64,000 nt of DNA from a bacterium (lineage in GTDB: Bacteria > Auribacterota > Auribacteria > Auribacterales > Auribacteraceae): NCBI GenBank assembly GCA_024233545.1, contig JACKPL010000010.1:6287-70286 (forward strand). The letters run 5' to 3'. This document shows, one piece after another, positions 60,901 through 61,722 of this stretch. The notes below the pieces were generated by a model. The model did not search any database. It was given only the letters and a program-made list of their open reading frames with translations, and was not told the DNA's origin. The position numbers and the translations under genes were made by a program. Positions within the stretch are counted from its first letter, which is position 1. Every line of letters starts with the position of its first letter.

Positions 60901-61722
60901 AGTTACAAAACAGCCGCTCAAGTGGGTAAAGGATTTAGTGTATTGCATGGTTTGCAGTCTTTATTCAGCCACCCGATTTTTACTTATGGTGCGAGTGATG
61001 AAAAGCAGATGAATTGGCAAGAAGTGATGAGTAATGTATTCAATTCGAAAGCAATGAAACGTGATGAGATTGCATACGAAGGAGCTGGGCGAGGTTCAGG
61101 CTGGATTAATTACATTATTTTTGGATATACCTTGTATGGGCACCTTGCAAAAAGAATAGGCGCATTTCCTCCGGGCGTTGGGCAGGCGGTGAGGCAAATT
61201 CAATATATTCAGGAGTTGAATAACCAACTTGAAGGCGATGGGCGGCTCCTTAAAGTTATTAGGTATCTTCAAATTACCAGTAAGACGCCTATTTTAAATG
61301 GGTTAAGCGGTGTTGATTTCCGTCTTGCTGTATCAATTGCCAAAGGCCTTGAACAGATAACTGTTGCGGGAAAAACACCGGATATGGTTTTAGATGAACT
61401 GATTCAGGAAGCCTTAAAAGATTATATGCGGGGATTGAATGAAACGGAACTTGCGAAAGCGCGTGCCTTGTTCATTGCTGGAAACAATTTATTCGGACAA
61501 GATATTCCTATTCCTGAAGAGTTTGCACAGAAAGAAATAGCACAAGAAAGACCTGCGCAGACGGAATCATTTGAAGATGCTGAACAAATCGGAAAAGACA
61601 AAACTGGTCAAGATCAGCCGGAACCTTCACGTGAGAATGATGAAAAAATGCATTCTATTGTACAGCGGCTTGAAGAAAAGGTTTTACTCCTGAACAAATT
61701 GAATCTATTCAAAATAATATAG
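30835..61722 (+). CDS. giant secreted/membrane-associated multidomain protein, 10,295 codons as annotated (probably longer, see 61674-64000); function unknown
   Basis: A single open frame of 30,888 nt. All other frames across it are fragmented into ORFs of under 260 codons. GGAG lies 10 nt upstream of the ATG. N-terminal Sec signal. The sequence is protein-like and non-repetitive, with internal paralogous modules, coiled coils and TM clusters. Confidence 0.9.
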   Translation: MNGNNKIKFFSIAPEGKKFKRILSLLLIESLAFSSVAWADEEKGITSDTLKIPNTLGAVQERYAGETDSLVIHIQDTHTSYSAQKYLSHILRFLHDSYDTSLIGIEGASGIIDTSEFSRFPDKEIKKKVSEYFLKSGKIDGTEYFSIVENSGDGVDVYKIRGVEVDVLYRSNLDAFLRSIPYQEKLTVFCDTYQENLNQLKAKIYSPLLYQFDNLVQEFHRNELNFVVYCQGLLHIAEENLIEYDKLENLTRLVSVIDLESKINFPRVDAERYIAVRRLSGKLPESESSDLLAREFNFRTKKVTPEEYHFYLNEVFKKNDFSIDEFQNLKNYIEYLSSFSQIDRSKALAETQLLAKSIYDTLIVSNDQRTLYELSYFVYLISKFSNLKMTREEIALYHSYRQKYSCESIREFIQHAMNNYAVTVTDNFNLAEVEENLSHFEEFYKVAHQREQSIVKNTLGLMKQENQDTIVLIAGGFHTPGITEMLQKEAVSYVVVTPNMENDPASIPYLSLLQNFQTPLEQMIATNTSTLKIASWLADQPLVYGDRAEVLKTKLKLLLSTTALHKEWMNTMAQYSREEQAALGYRLETQLAQAVNNVIQIAGYQDVLHVNSVSMGIGGRDFSANVTIQGAGAIDVSFSDQVQGGTVVEDIQDNILEVIQFSDGITTHIMSQIGSSRLAQNFALIRTVILHSVYSTPKTTDEILADIQSALPDTSVTMAELKVYLNDFRSMGVLVEDTEGRFAVTSNLNQRLAAFLAQSLIVRQAGSNDIQTSRIRRENVPAELASLLEGLEISTLIIDPTISLSSLENFLSRLTEGEFNGQIQPGAVIQLSDTLQGIVTRPIDSAEYIFAIMRKPAESEEIGTVSKNIQSSFELSDRSLAAQRSGSDSLVIDLLRNEFGRNLGVSNDEGLVLELSTRLGDGEKSVLRTYILDRISDDQEVRQQLAKRINSLLRVKEELEGRFTGRVARIIIGNSYPAQFDQAVQVITQINPDFAITREIEEQINAALIQLHGSNKRGDYLRYDLWQSIINTALASAPEAVRNSRFNQAVQKTVAEIQEIQQKEDGKPAGLEEFQRIINKHLAALELRAGSIDENKPLLHQTAQRQALLNRAIVEEHVLRFSSRSGEIELDVSVSNRTATNTYYAYDKATGNHYLITLLSLDEQGQEFVYSTANEQQQSDGTPYPGVTEDSSDAFYDASGFLVRRIEPQSVPRSKDVVREMQYRALQNQWERSLQTVPAGVIQASLSRRLTGVLEQNLEQSSLQEAAASYSENVGRHIANAQQQQQRLQREQVEQEEQLERLKREIETAKLELKNRANTVTARLNELEIQHVAYQKIIGRQDEVVGELLLDYISREMLRVMATRLYETGSIQGMNIVLAEWAGISGATDARLASILAQNPEKIHSLDFGRIFSREDVAALLNVLPEGIDSRLIDRFFPSVPSGRIVSKTTVDAVMKRLSQPQTAATFYNMLNDVLGIRNLERTLIPADPNRATVERQIQIIKNKISSYTNSTDARASLTASLAELDRAKEALKPVEVNGIAITAIEAQRRKELDEYPQIRNELINKINSLQETLRVATASLDTLQQRTNTELQAVNRRIQFLRTIQRALEGDTAPGRKPEWLFEGIRAKIERGDTTVRTVGMRRLKGDLPLTKDNLSAIVFGLAYNISINDQITAEQQGLPRQEIDEFAAVVKMAEQAFNENRDKAINRNQEQELAIQQSQVEIVSGGVRANLLVYGQDAANEFGQINNQANNVQVSSLMNRALQFLATIDPIIANAIKKQMRIVILQAPFYPSDEAKYQELLQIGRTTQTLYIEKAVFGRVMELLATNSGAAVRLMAASMAYAAQGTIFPETNVFDINQLTVEQLQQIITSRMERIGRPLDAQRAELIAGAIVQLRSRAPIRQVGDLEQLYGQLQMPELPLVFAVTQSYFNFNGTLKEPAYKLVASNKADILLGSSFTNFRRLLMVERQRYLEGMNLDEIPASLAATDVESLWSVVNNANVPVQHQYYVFLRRLFGTNFIPDQIFEAVSSFDPNSSAEEYVSYTQQLQKLLDNYIGEMTVSLKRATQQLNNRGTIDYVVTYPNGEQVQLSVYEYRQLMARMEHYAGQIQVYFQPGQGLGIMLRDGEKAPKRLPYLVRMNDEAAFLNQVLVQGRKRSFDELMLDSPYQQSLSVSVGVGVADYGSVQAGTSPQANYIQQRENAMQVRVLYETIAAYIQQKQPDIWQSLTLNEQKGLAALLAIQNNVDVSWVNLISNIYNEDISLSMTRRVQDIFSEWTSNDSLDVFVNALFDLLVIMGQSEWQNLAPASKQAVFQTVLNKYGDELSDQKHRDSLEVFFAQREPQAAESAPVLTAQDIQFLWMISDQEVKSSGELGIIQNELKRFSSLIEMRERALDERQTELDTLKTTDLKPEIQQTITTEEAQIGYETFLLNQLRMSVQHASSVSVVQAVDDFNKEFSGMMRIDASREFINQNPDTIRALIEFLRQPLEFDEQAHPDIVKIQQLLDQYSSVRSLWNSGQQEQAIEQLQALIGQIAEFLGTTQFLSGQPSLAQFEYDLDLLKNYVDGTEQDIRQIELFGGIGLLHKELLRRVPANLYIPALLAVPGYIAGNIVPVAGVTDIVISLKTAEFEPRQFDIFDELNRNRYRDEGIVYDQQTIFINTDRIDPQSETFFESVADTFVDSYISTSRKISNEIDALERAGLPADLRMYQFGAEALEKSGAPIRLENGFQARDIVLSGDNFGYSIPVALPPHKFEQLRQNQLAMMRLVQTYITQASLFVSEQSDFETARDFLQEAGRLATNLQLFSPVLVNNILNTIKRDLDDVEAQLKLAQGEPPADSILLYGGRSDIFKQNPILTDTPTVRRLLDGAFNNLASGLGEDVARDVRNRFSIVIGARPRENIPVNVIYISAAKFDMLRYLASNENTETTASILLARYLFDSYKNVPQLLSKIFLDQIAVSENALEKYLIPVQVNSTEPNRDYTGEVIIPHDIRYNQLGQPFANLSGRQTVTKFRNGQPVEVVNRGQQQVAIDPRSGLPIRQKDGSLAGEAVRYESERVFSLSYMQGDPQIGGFSLVRNNEGDATRLDLLSRAEKWIGPLSQGEMINDEIVGRDEVYVLSKNGTPVALIKARDEKDTVIPLVSSIELIRVLGVESHEEAMQELNTMAENRRVKVREIELKYAERQTAYEQQSREPGRTARVTLASMAGLMLLQTLSGCATSMGPRPDLPVGDVSYQPPVVPDDGSPVTDISRYTGVTDTQPSFPQAILFDAQQGGLDLLNKALTAAENELAGLEKHGVVNSDRAKILKDRIGVLRDRIASLSSLPTTQIPQMEPDTRRTSQQSGQYVDRQVDRTGVVQGQPDIVFPPQLASELQNILSAQEYKTLMADIVKFSVNQTIDAGSPAFTGDKKFDGWVRSYDGDESDKDYPFLAKPGRVFGYDQSLSVYADIANKDYAKAKRKVDALFRIMEYERGRGLDSVIRFSYNTDGTGYEAALSPMGNTSWVLKSIFAYMDVTNDRSYLSGRNGELLLASMRYVLDKQVLDRADVRYGLFQGGSKPTIVDGKIQSIPMEVVFSEHNADVHDLLNLAYRVTGMQIYKDRRLLLDQQMLRTLFVDDARGTYFKPNLDRSGETKQGIAIDNLTWGGSMVLTMDHLPLATRLDITRKLINHIRNNFAVEHVPGQQEAKPVALTPSFVAQRIAKPSNAVVGLKFFDEVFRDDFLTQPIDWDSPNIMSVQFEATIGYIHLLIQTAYLTSDSSERAQLINEAKFLFSNIQKFHAGNSKKGGISYSTRPITGIQTSLESLVASETLRTLTGIWSNPDLLWTFIGASSQSLQGDKTVQPIDPNLNPINAVILGTDAKPDILSQSLQGRVPEKVTPAGTVVIDARTQTAIHAESQYGTVAVGTAEDTSVSRVFREDFAWVVDFLRGLGEKPDLSPQQVQKWNNTILNPISWQADISAIAPLKRLAQNTQYSATIEKGKLRILVEHPIAAAQFRGVEFKNAGDRFEITIIGNEVRVKATLNAAEYERYKDMSDVTQRIYRDLSAPAVFKLSDFPSLAGYADQSGKPVVIQARLDASRQNLLVEDKQPSIVVNAASIFGNQFFAPDNQKFTLSIDGRNRLNITENTDLGSVFQNPWSPNIPAEKLPQMFAALRASGHTAIYVNTDPLVYKNTIHGTNTRRYYMAMIELARREGIKVFAVQGSSDWVTVSGVSDALLFVDELGKKQLDFDGYVLDVRPERMKDWNTYNDQDKDIFIQRYSRLMEELRQRLAYYAGGQKEIFSYVSPDVESRKTYRSPKEVSDVLVMQHTSVTDILAQLQQYDPQRPFQLYIETSLLNDPSRTFALKEAEMASVLRDLAKSLRSNPKYGALFRGFVVNHDTGEDILHVLQTGKGRGAGDRMEDSIYKAPDGAVHITGNMYQFIVTGGKPEVVPLGADSPSAQQETVRTIRSRLEAIARGITGAGNIDHMARSVIETIRRDKVTVMSDAPPLGAEIGSLISYSNILWGQQYTDLGQINNVKIVGVDESGKTVAEWHDLINNPVPIVVGIHSKIVKLKVQVDVKSADTAGKVFPGYIAFLTHHPGSGGVVTETASDEFILKQGEGRTIAFEVPVSREGFNNYSIMLLHGKKFSKSEAVVDQVGFAQRFSIVEHWIKTHASGFPEFYRDAIVNDVNSQINQAGVFSGVVKSRVVVQDFTIDDFTVAKGRTIANLLAASGITELTLDGEKLRQLILQSPNENLAKKQIADFMNLITEQNIRLVLMVGNRSWLDSLNGKQNMQNDLNAIFRMKLPFNSVVLNLGDNIAAAYDILPEIQRLASNEGLADSQLRPVEVYDTTDLQPVPPARQQTVRLDNALQNLIDTMRSAENLQQLRDDSRSFVNTQQVKRGLFRGAVTGYDANEKHPQYGSDEYKALIQFGRVNPYDVSVSVFADINNGDYRSARTKVRSLLRVIQSEQDSGFNGVVHFWYNTDGDESVSGIAPLGNTAWTLKAIFAYIDATGDRSILEGKSGESLRKSLDFVLSQQVTDSKDPRYGLFMAGLRRNVDASGVAIDKSGRPIPKGAPAVYNQMGHVVFEHQADVHDLFNLAARVLTDSQDTQKRTAIQSARKLLDREVMSRMFVDAGTDGAFFIPNLNADGTRGVGEAIDDLTWAGSMVLTMDETQLSQTQKLQIVRRMIAYINKNFIVEHDPNVENAQNVALTPALIANRLSRPTTTIIGTKFFDAKFKDEFVPERNWDDPKVLSVHVEGTLGYINLLYQTALLTPDANEREQLLRTAKFLLDNITKLKNAKSTNGGIPYSTRAISEIQSTFDSTIATETYRALMGVFSNPDLAWSFIGVREASLPRIPTVPTIPQTIQTSQDVLNSLRTGLDIAPLPFTNFNSLQNVLQSIPQADSDALSERAQLVTEQDLEQYVDIGLSKLSRVERLLMGFSRVKRLPRVQLGESAAEVDLVTSRTIFVGTDTAPYVTVNIENTGNLAVGAFTAIVELRNTVTGERKEIAFPILMRQKEARQINLPIEHLEAGQWRYDISVVPEYFQRDRSFIPSKPLTVGGTTVKVGQWDFTAFMPGEKGEPQNERTVRFQNYEFQLIENYGPNNANAVRFYDEKGVPQIKVLTDRRQGVDFEFGPSRIRVNVSKNSFNEWAIDVGGEEATIARLHSGEEVLTVGVPHKARIFGYIQKGLPKIQVTNIEVDTKKRYLEDTVSQIIDLEYNKEYKLQGHTLVFKGHPNDEMIQIQVTAPDGSIDRRVFHRDSPRRVVELDSHVFIFGNNADGKTVGVISRVSNVTFTFDVTNDGDSPLRYQPELTFYHPLVGEVSLPGRVQYTINPGETKRISMDGPVPADILAKEKERLLDALSNARLLQEEYDNFYIEKRREIDSGERHRSIVQGELQTRQNQNKIKLAGWLRDSIALIKEVQNKHLVQEAFIAYRLDLNARIAQLQSLISKIEDPKLSQEEYGVLSIQIIHTMNIVMGDLNDLSTQKMGYKISIHDVSNLLGEKVYSRGLSGAPGATTQQPVIRDVVVEPVLVKTEPQQVRRIGKAEYANVMSGIITPTVVDQRANAYVGEEMDYYNAFVQQSLLAESISRVQSFDLPTAKLAEETALENIVVATSDLDRTQSRDLIAVLFNSINKLKIADQRGGSTYILRHDTRVIGTEKVIYDASISAIEDLLAAIQADDSKVVKSDLSRFLTDLGQFFGFIQSDGATKAETIIRMKEFLKGEDPATIDRAVRVVEDIMVDGKRATRRDAVMIAMQVLVKEEVRERVKALAFEQLRTQLAQDRTYIPEVIRILSQANVGNDSRSMIRTLEREQNGRYSYYIKFVEQNKTKTLAELRERQAELAPIEAYLNLVEEHDRAKRLMDEAESIVKHNGDPVVQLQEVRRAFDRSMAFFLQIIEVQPNFSVITNLDQVIAKINASNLSAADKKHAVDTILAIKADLQKYTQLLERRKTALSAADTALQSRSEEIGKAEILLKRLTEISTNHDLFLKRNEQEAEKEFGRVQDALRQLPADQAIPLIQEMQRLHVRYLRNHVEALERATVERNRYQSIIQENQTLIQQLRQAIAQEDSDTRKRVMTSKLRLLQRDIYEATSRVAFDDWYIPELEKQISRMQNRIAQFNGAIVDLGGTPDRSIFDAQLKTTQTAARDARRFSDNLSGAVTLLNRQQTQLIGSLEELERKYNYTQQMRDVSREMPISAVLKDIHLIHNPESYIKFLQENGIKEIYIDFADLATREELEKLGSDALQPYNPNRVNTTDLHRVKLAGRVIQAANQNGMQVKILIKGQEEWGRGRWRFLFFSGEERPGTTVMKDLTKKLRLFQIHLFEHDISIDGFAVDFPPRVVDGKVDLDNYREARNTIGEILTEETDELMDGLKERIESLDEKGYVDRANRLRQILRQGPSAFTYEYEVFESPETARMINQYVMRNATPNERTEIFKGTPVLVPTRPVTSVTTESTIDMMQRVGSLPSVNHGLVIDWSGTAAQNRQEELPAILQKLNEHRKVSLRTGQPLGKVILGGDTTNVVDLQRNLNALGAVPLHALNLLETQQDVREAYQSRMREYTLGLRGQLDHLTEILEKEKAYRDTHEKVLGIVNQAVLQEGLVLELPAFLQADSGDFDQLRQRTQTVIKKLEQKLRPGTTFEELQELSNEIDTLYRDANIHVRRMRLSLNALLSPEGIAYGSATDPRGFLTGTSSVSLNLTNLISKAMPYVGVSLTVVGRDGKADQRDLLKESRELQREVQNLRQQALIFANFNSQIQTTDLQLQKDRTDIALLRRGVDIASKPDAQIAPIRVQIHQPLTIYIDGVRQNIPVGTHVIKGNVFTALKEIRALLLVMKDPSEKARVKAEGLEKAYDALRKAFTEIPTVKKGDSFIKKETKELVAVRSIDNARENLLQAESLLQQAQLGKQAAEATLEHAKLGMQDSDRLLKKAILDIQLAETGEKQAQKDAEDALKDLIKSLTGIDAAQRMHYSSQLGEVGTSIRLDQATDDLSKAYFNFDTIIHRLFRVFSQIGGPSAEDEFKQFFAAYRSGVVTEGFGLESVLGSGTPYLGIDDSKEASLAAELVGGAIRPFTISLYGGLFNIAWSPLNPQQVGFSMTYRPAEDSIVGKAQYNLLQRHAQHILGQMVTEDRREDVERATAHFGRMIESYQDAVIWANAMKEEKVKAEKRQQAAKDDLTRAELFLKNQQFELQRAEENLRSKQLGKIAAEASVDEIEREAADKITPAEGQGEFLNQGQPKVIDEAVDTTIDQKRDLSDAEIREQRVSSVLARLFYAVAGFILGLFTLDRNKRLFTRWKLSKQREAVQKGEGKRKGIMAALVQDFTFDRVTISKIIPFSGRRIVEMAKNQAQFKRVARLMRRYGVDSMAVVAEELKDAGKFVEEERLTYGSLFRSEKIKNLSLKQRWQYRTRLFLRLFRAQYDDLISSGKFKIFWGLLTIGLGIFVFPVVGFPTLPLKLLFSIPMLWGGDPLLSPILFLSDPTMILPWFFWVPFLYVLPRLLYNLVVMIPVTRSVLALLMFVGKGVAEYLGKKALFVMVPFLPVAAMFQKVVNGIFRRELISIRTFENAVEKAGQSIKKQTVSAIPKPIREAFDIRERRAGTGPEFSRQFSENAVALARQWAEENGLGPLEQMKKADAQKLINSFIIQETIKQTKHIVFQDEGNALRVNVGAEADELAISPGQFASMPAIYVPFFLPTKGHFNKWFWGIMIQNFTQSLQYAASMGARGLRGAERGANAKHKMFSHIVSKSELDIHSFLFMVQPRWLVGHLHVVREELVGGRIVIDLDFYDARELQDKQAPPGVEQWANVEDYVRYLIDRREEIDELDSETLAELFAKGGDIQINFPDGMPEDEKESIKQDMELRFKQLTSIAAGYYRAYPDEFNPFYGPGENVTFSGHFPDISPMDAADRFGLGSYEQDPTEGVFYARGNYFGGFNYAAGGVNVRGEDGNLSFEPTGEIVRVEYQQKEEHGKGKQKIPGSKATNLNAILLAIQGQTYITREVVRKEDGSAELNIQFKDAHEEFLPEVAEAREEFEEKSAGRDQAFRKGWWKSAKKRFVKVWDNVTKDYITVNLGTRLGFEPFAGLRGTLAKWKTLTLGAVIGVIPVSLYGNLQDPINAAMQSYYDPIVVEKVAQSTIYQNNKIYRKNVKKFAEDAHILDNQSVSLGQRSSSDTTEETYMFVPTNVLQENEESRLEFARALHALARNVGVHIPVELFEQNAELLTDSYQSLVTFFLAVEQQRLEQRRYAQGSIITSWEKGIAEKGAALVNTQEYIQRLSSLFPEKSTARQGLVFLASTVGNTEESMDITIHRSDIGTESRSFDMRALYKVGIYNRTSEKYTAAFNKIAGMTYHGSHDDNVHRSGALERQLGDRGREPIIRLGQERNALQGTRSWAMVSPRGPLGIYQITSMAKRIRNGQDNPVAVEFMRQLVEAANENGTLIDRIIIHDGNGNAPSSNLRDSANWKILVVSDSQNFLTNTKQLEPLFNQVVSAMKKRMSASSKQDFAPTLANVDVIHKDAFRTLEQFRVLTQDGNELDNYNERIQKANGSVVKRLKKSVFNLKVFLGITPQNQTNAVIDKIAGLFNQKKALEQQRAAMDAQVDAFITQEYYVPEGEEAQIADLKNAIVIQDNALQAQEAAFARLEAVNSAIAVAEKEKIAKEERLKSLRDQKKTLSEDIATLPRRYKQSMSEQKDAIRQNKSSISEQIAVLQTMLQTVESDSVWVTEQQSVAEESGIQNLIDAVSLEIQALDARKTALNQQIDSLKKQLDALNKEEQALASEQKAKNQDEIDTFQAEQRGAHQEYLSAFESQQTAIENHRQAFVVQQQNFELHVSFVTEPSKQVQKKIDQMRRSFTDQNRMFVEQQERVNTQSQQWRLQGELLSLRETPLQEQIDARNQRLSEINTELETLLPEIKTIAQSLEGYTKERAQALVDQKASFNEARKAFKEQQRIMQRMEKTGIPDEQREPFEAQKKAFENQMAAFEHQETFNRVNDAVKTVKQLFTRKNKRTTLFESFFPLEKDNVFYKLLISPLNYIVNHGLLGLAGAVVAAHATVGIVPAVTMLISALTAPLALMGVLSAITPAMIAAYLVVGVLFVSLYNDTMMKGVIGTLSVGAVVAALTTGIGPALGVGMSLLAAPFAIPGFVGLLSSVFIAGLAGFALGLIPVMAWTGLRNYTENISLFNSLRIISRAMDSPVVKDTPIKNKLGIVGAIKEMEFIDQGLGIDEANPNDPFPFRSIVRAIRDGSNLVKDTYEGTLDSANMIQRAVQHGITMEPSTVDEEYIVTSDASPQAVEGGFQEFNYNNTEIEPAVEEINDEFARQGRLMLDNLRRAANENPHELLRAVNDYITQRRLSEAPMGYETNYELATLDDIKALADLTRDLKNHGFIDVRIRAHRNDVKILGKIFGLNEKDAMDVLSGFWSEARWPVAIGVPFLPGTTKGRVRIAERGGTIEDARPIPLMSALLAFSEAPWLAGLSAFNILDTEADDPAYALAEDTKFGIMGVYNPPLYPNTPAISVHLKQYVEEQYERRLFGENSYKTAAQVGKGFSVLHGLQSLFSHPIFTYGASDEKQMNWQEVMSNVFNSKAMKRDEIAYEGAGRGSGWINYIIFGYTLYGHLAKRIGAFPPGVGQAVRQIQYIQELNNQLEGDGRLLKVIRYLQITSKTPILNGLSGVDFRLAVSIAKGLEQITVAGKTPDMVLDELIQEALKDYMRGLNETELAKARALFIAGNNLFGQDIPIPEEFAQKEIAQERPAQTESFEDAEQIGKDKTGQDQPEPSRENDEKMHSIVQRLEEKVLLLNKLNLFKII
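40417..40482 (+). other. internal lipoprotein-type signal (lipobox L-S-G-C, Cys3216) inside the giant ORF
   Basis: RTAR-VTLASMAGLMLLQTL-SGC followed by the Pro-rich spacer SMGPRPDLPVGDVSYQPPVVPDDGSPV. Confidence 0.5.
41058..42310 (+). repeat. paralogous module copy A (putative (alpha/alpha)6-barrel, glycosidase-like)
   Basis: Collinear with copy B. Shared blocks: YNTDG, GNTxWxLKxIFAYxDxTxDRS, RYGLF, EHxADVHDLxNLA, IDxLTWxGSMVLTMD, VALTP, GGIxYSTR, SNPDLxWxFIG. Confidence 0.7.
45475..46825 (+). repeat. paralogous module copy B (putative (alpha/alpha)6-barrel, glycosidase-like)
   Basis: See copy A. Protein-level similarity only; the DNA has diverged. Confidence 0.7.
54097..54940 (+). other. 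first transmembrane-helix cluster of the giant protein (1 + about 5-6 helices)
   Basis: LARLFYAVAGFILGLFTL; IFWGLLTIGLGIFVFPVVGF; LLFSIPMLWGG; ILPWFFWVPFLYVLPRLLYNLVVMIPV; VLALLMFVGKGV; ALFVMVPFLPVAAMF. Confidence 0.6.
59400..59805 (+). other. second large transmembrane-helix cluster (about 6 Gly/Ala-rich helices)
   Basis: GLLGLAGAVVAAHATVGIVPAVTMLISALTAPLALMGVLSAITPAMIAAYLVVGVLFVSL...GTLSVGAVVAALTTGIGPALGVGMSLLAAPFAIPGFVGLLSSVFIAGLAGFALGLIPVMAW. Confidence 0.6.

Noticed and set aside
30835-61722. Giant ORF as an RTX/Bap/SiiE-type T1SS adhesin (suggested by the adjacent TolC-like gene)
   Set aside because: By eye there are no GGxGxD nonapeptide repeats and no tandem Ig/cadherin-like arrays. 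The protein has an N-terminal Sec signal and many TM helices, and there are no ABC/MFP genes in the window. The true C-terminus is outside the window, so a C-terminal T1SS signal cannot be excluded.
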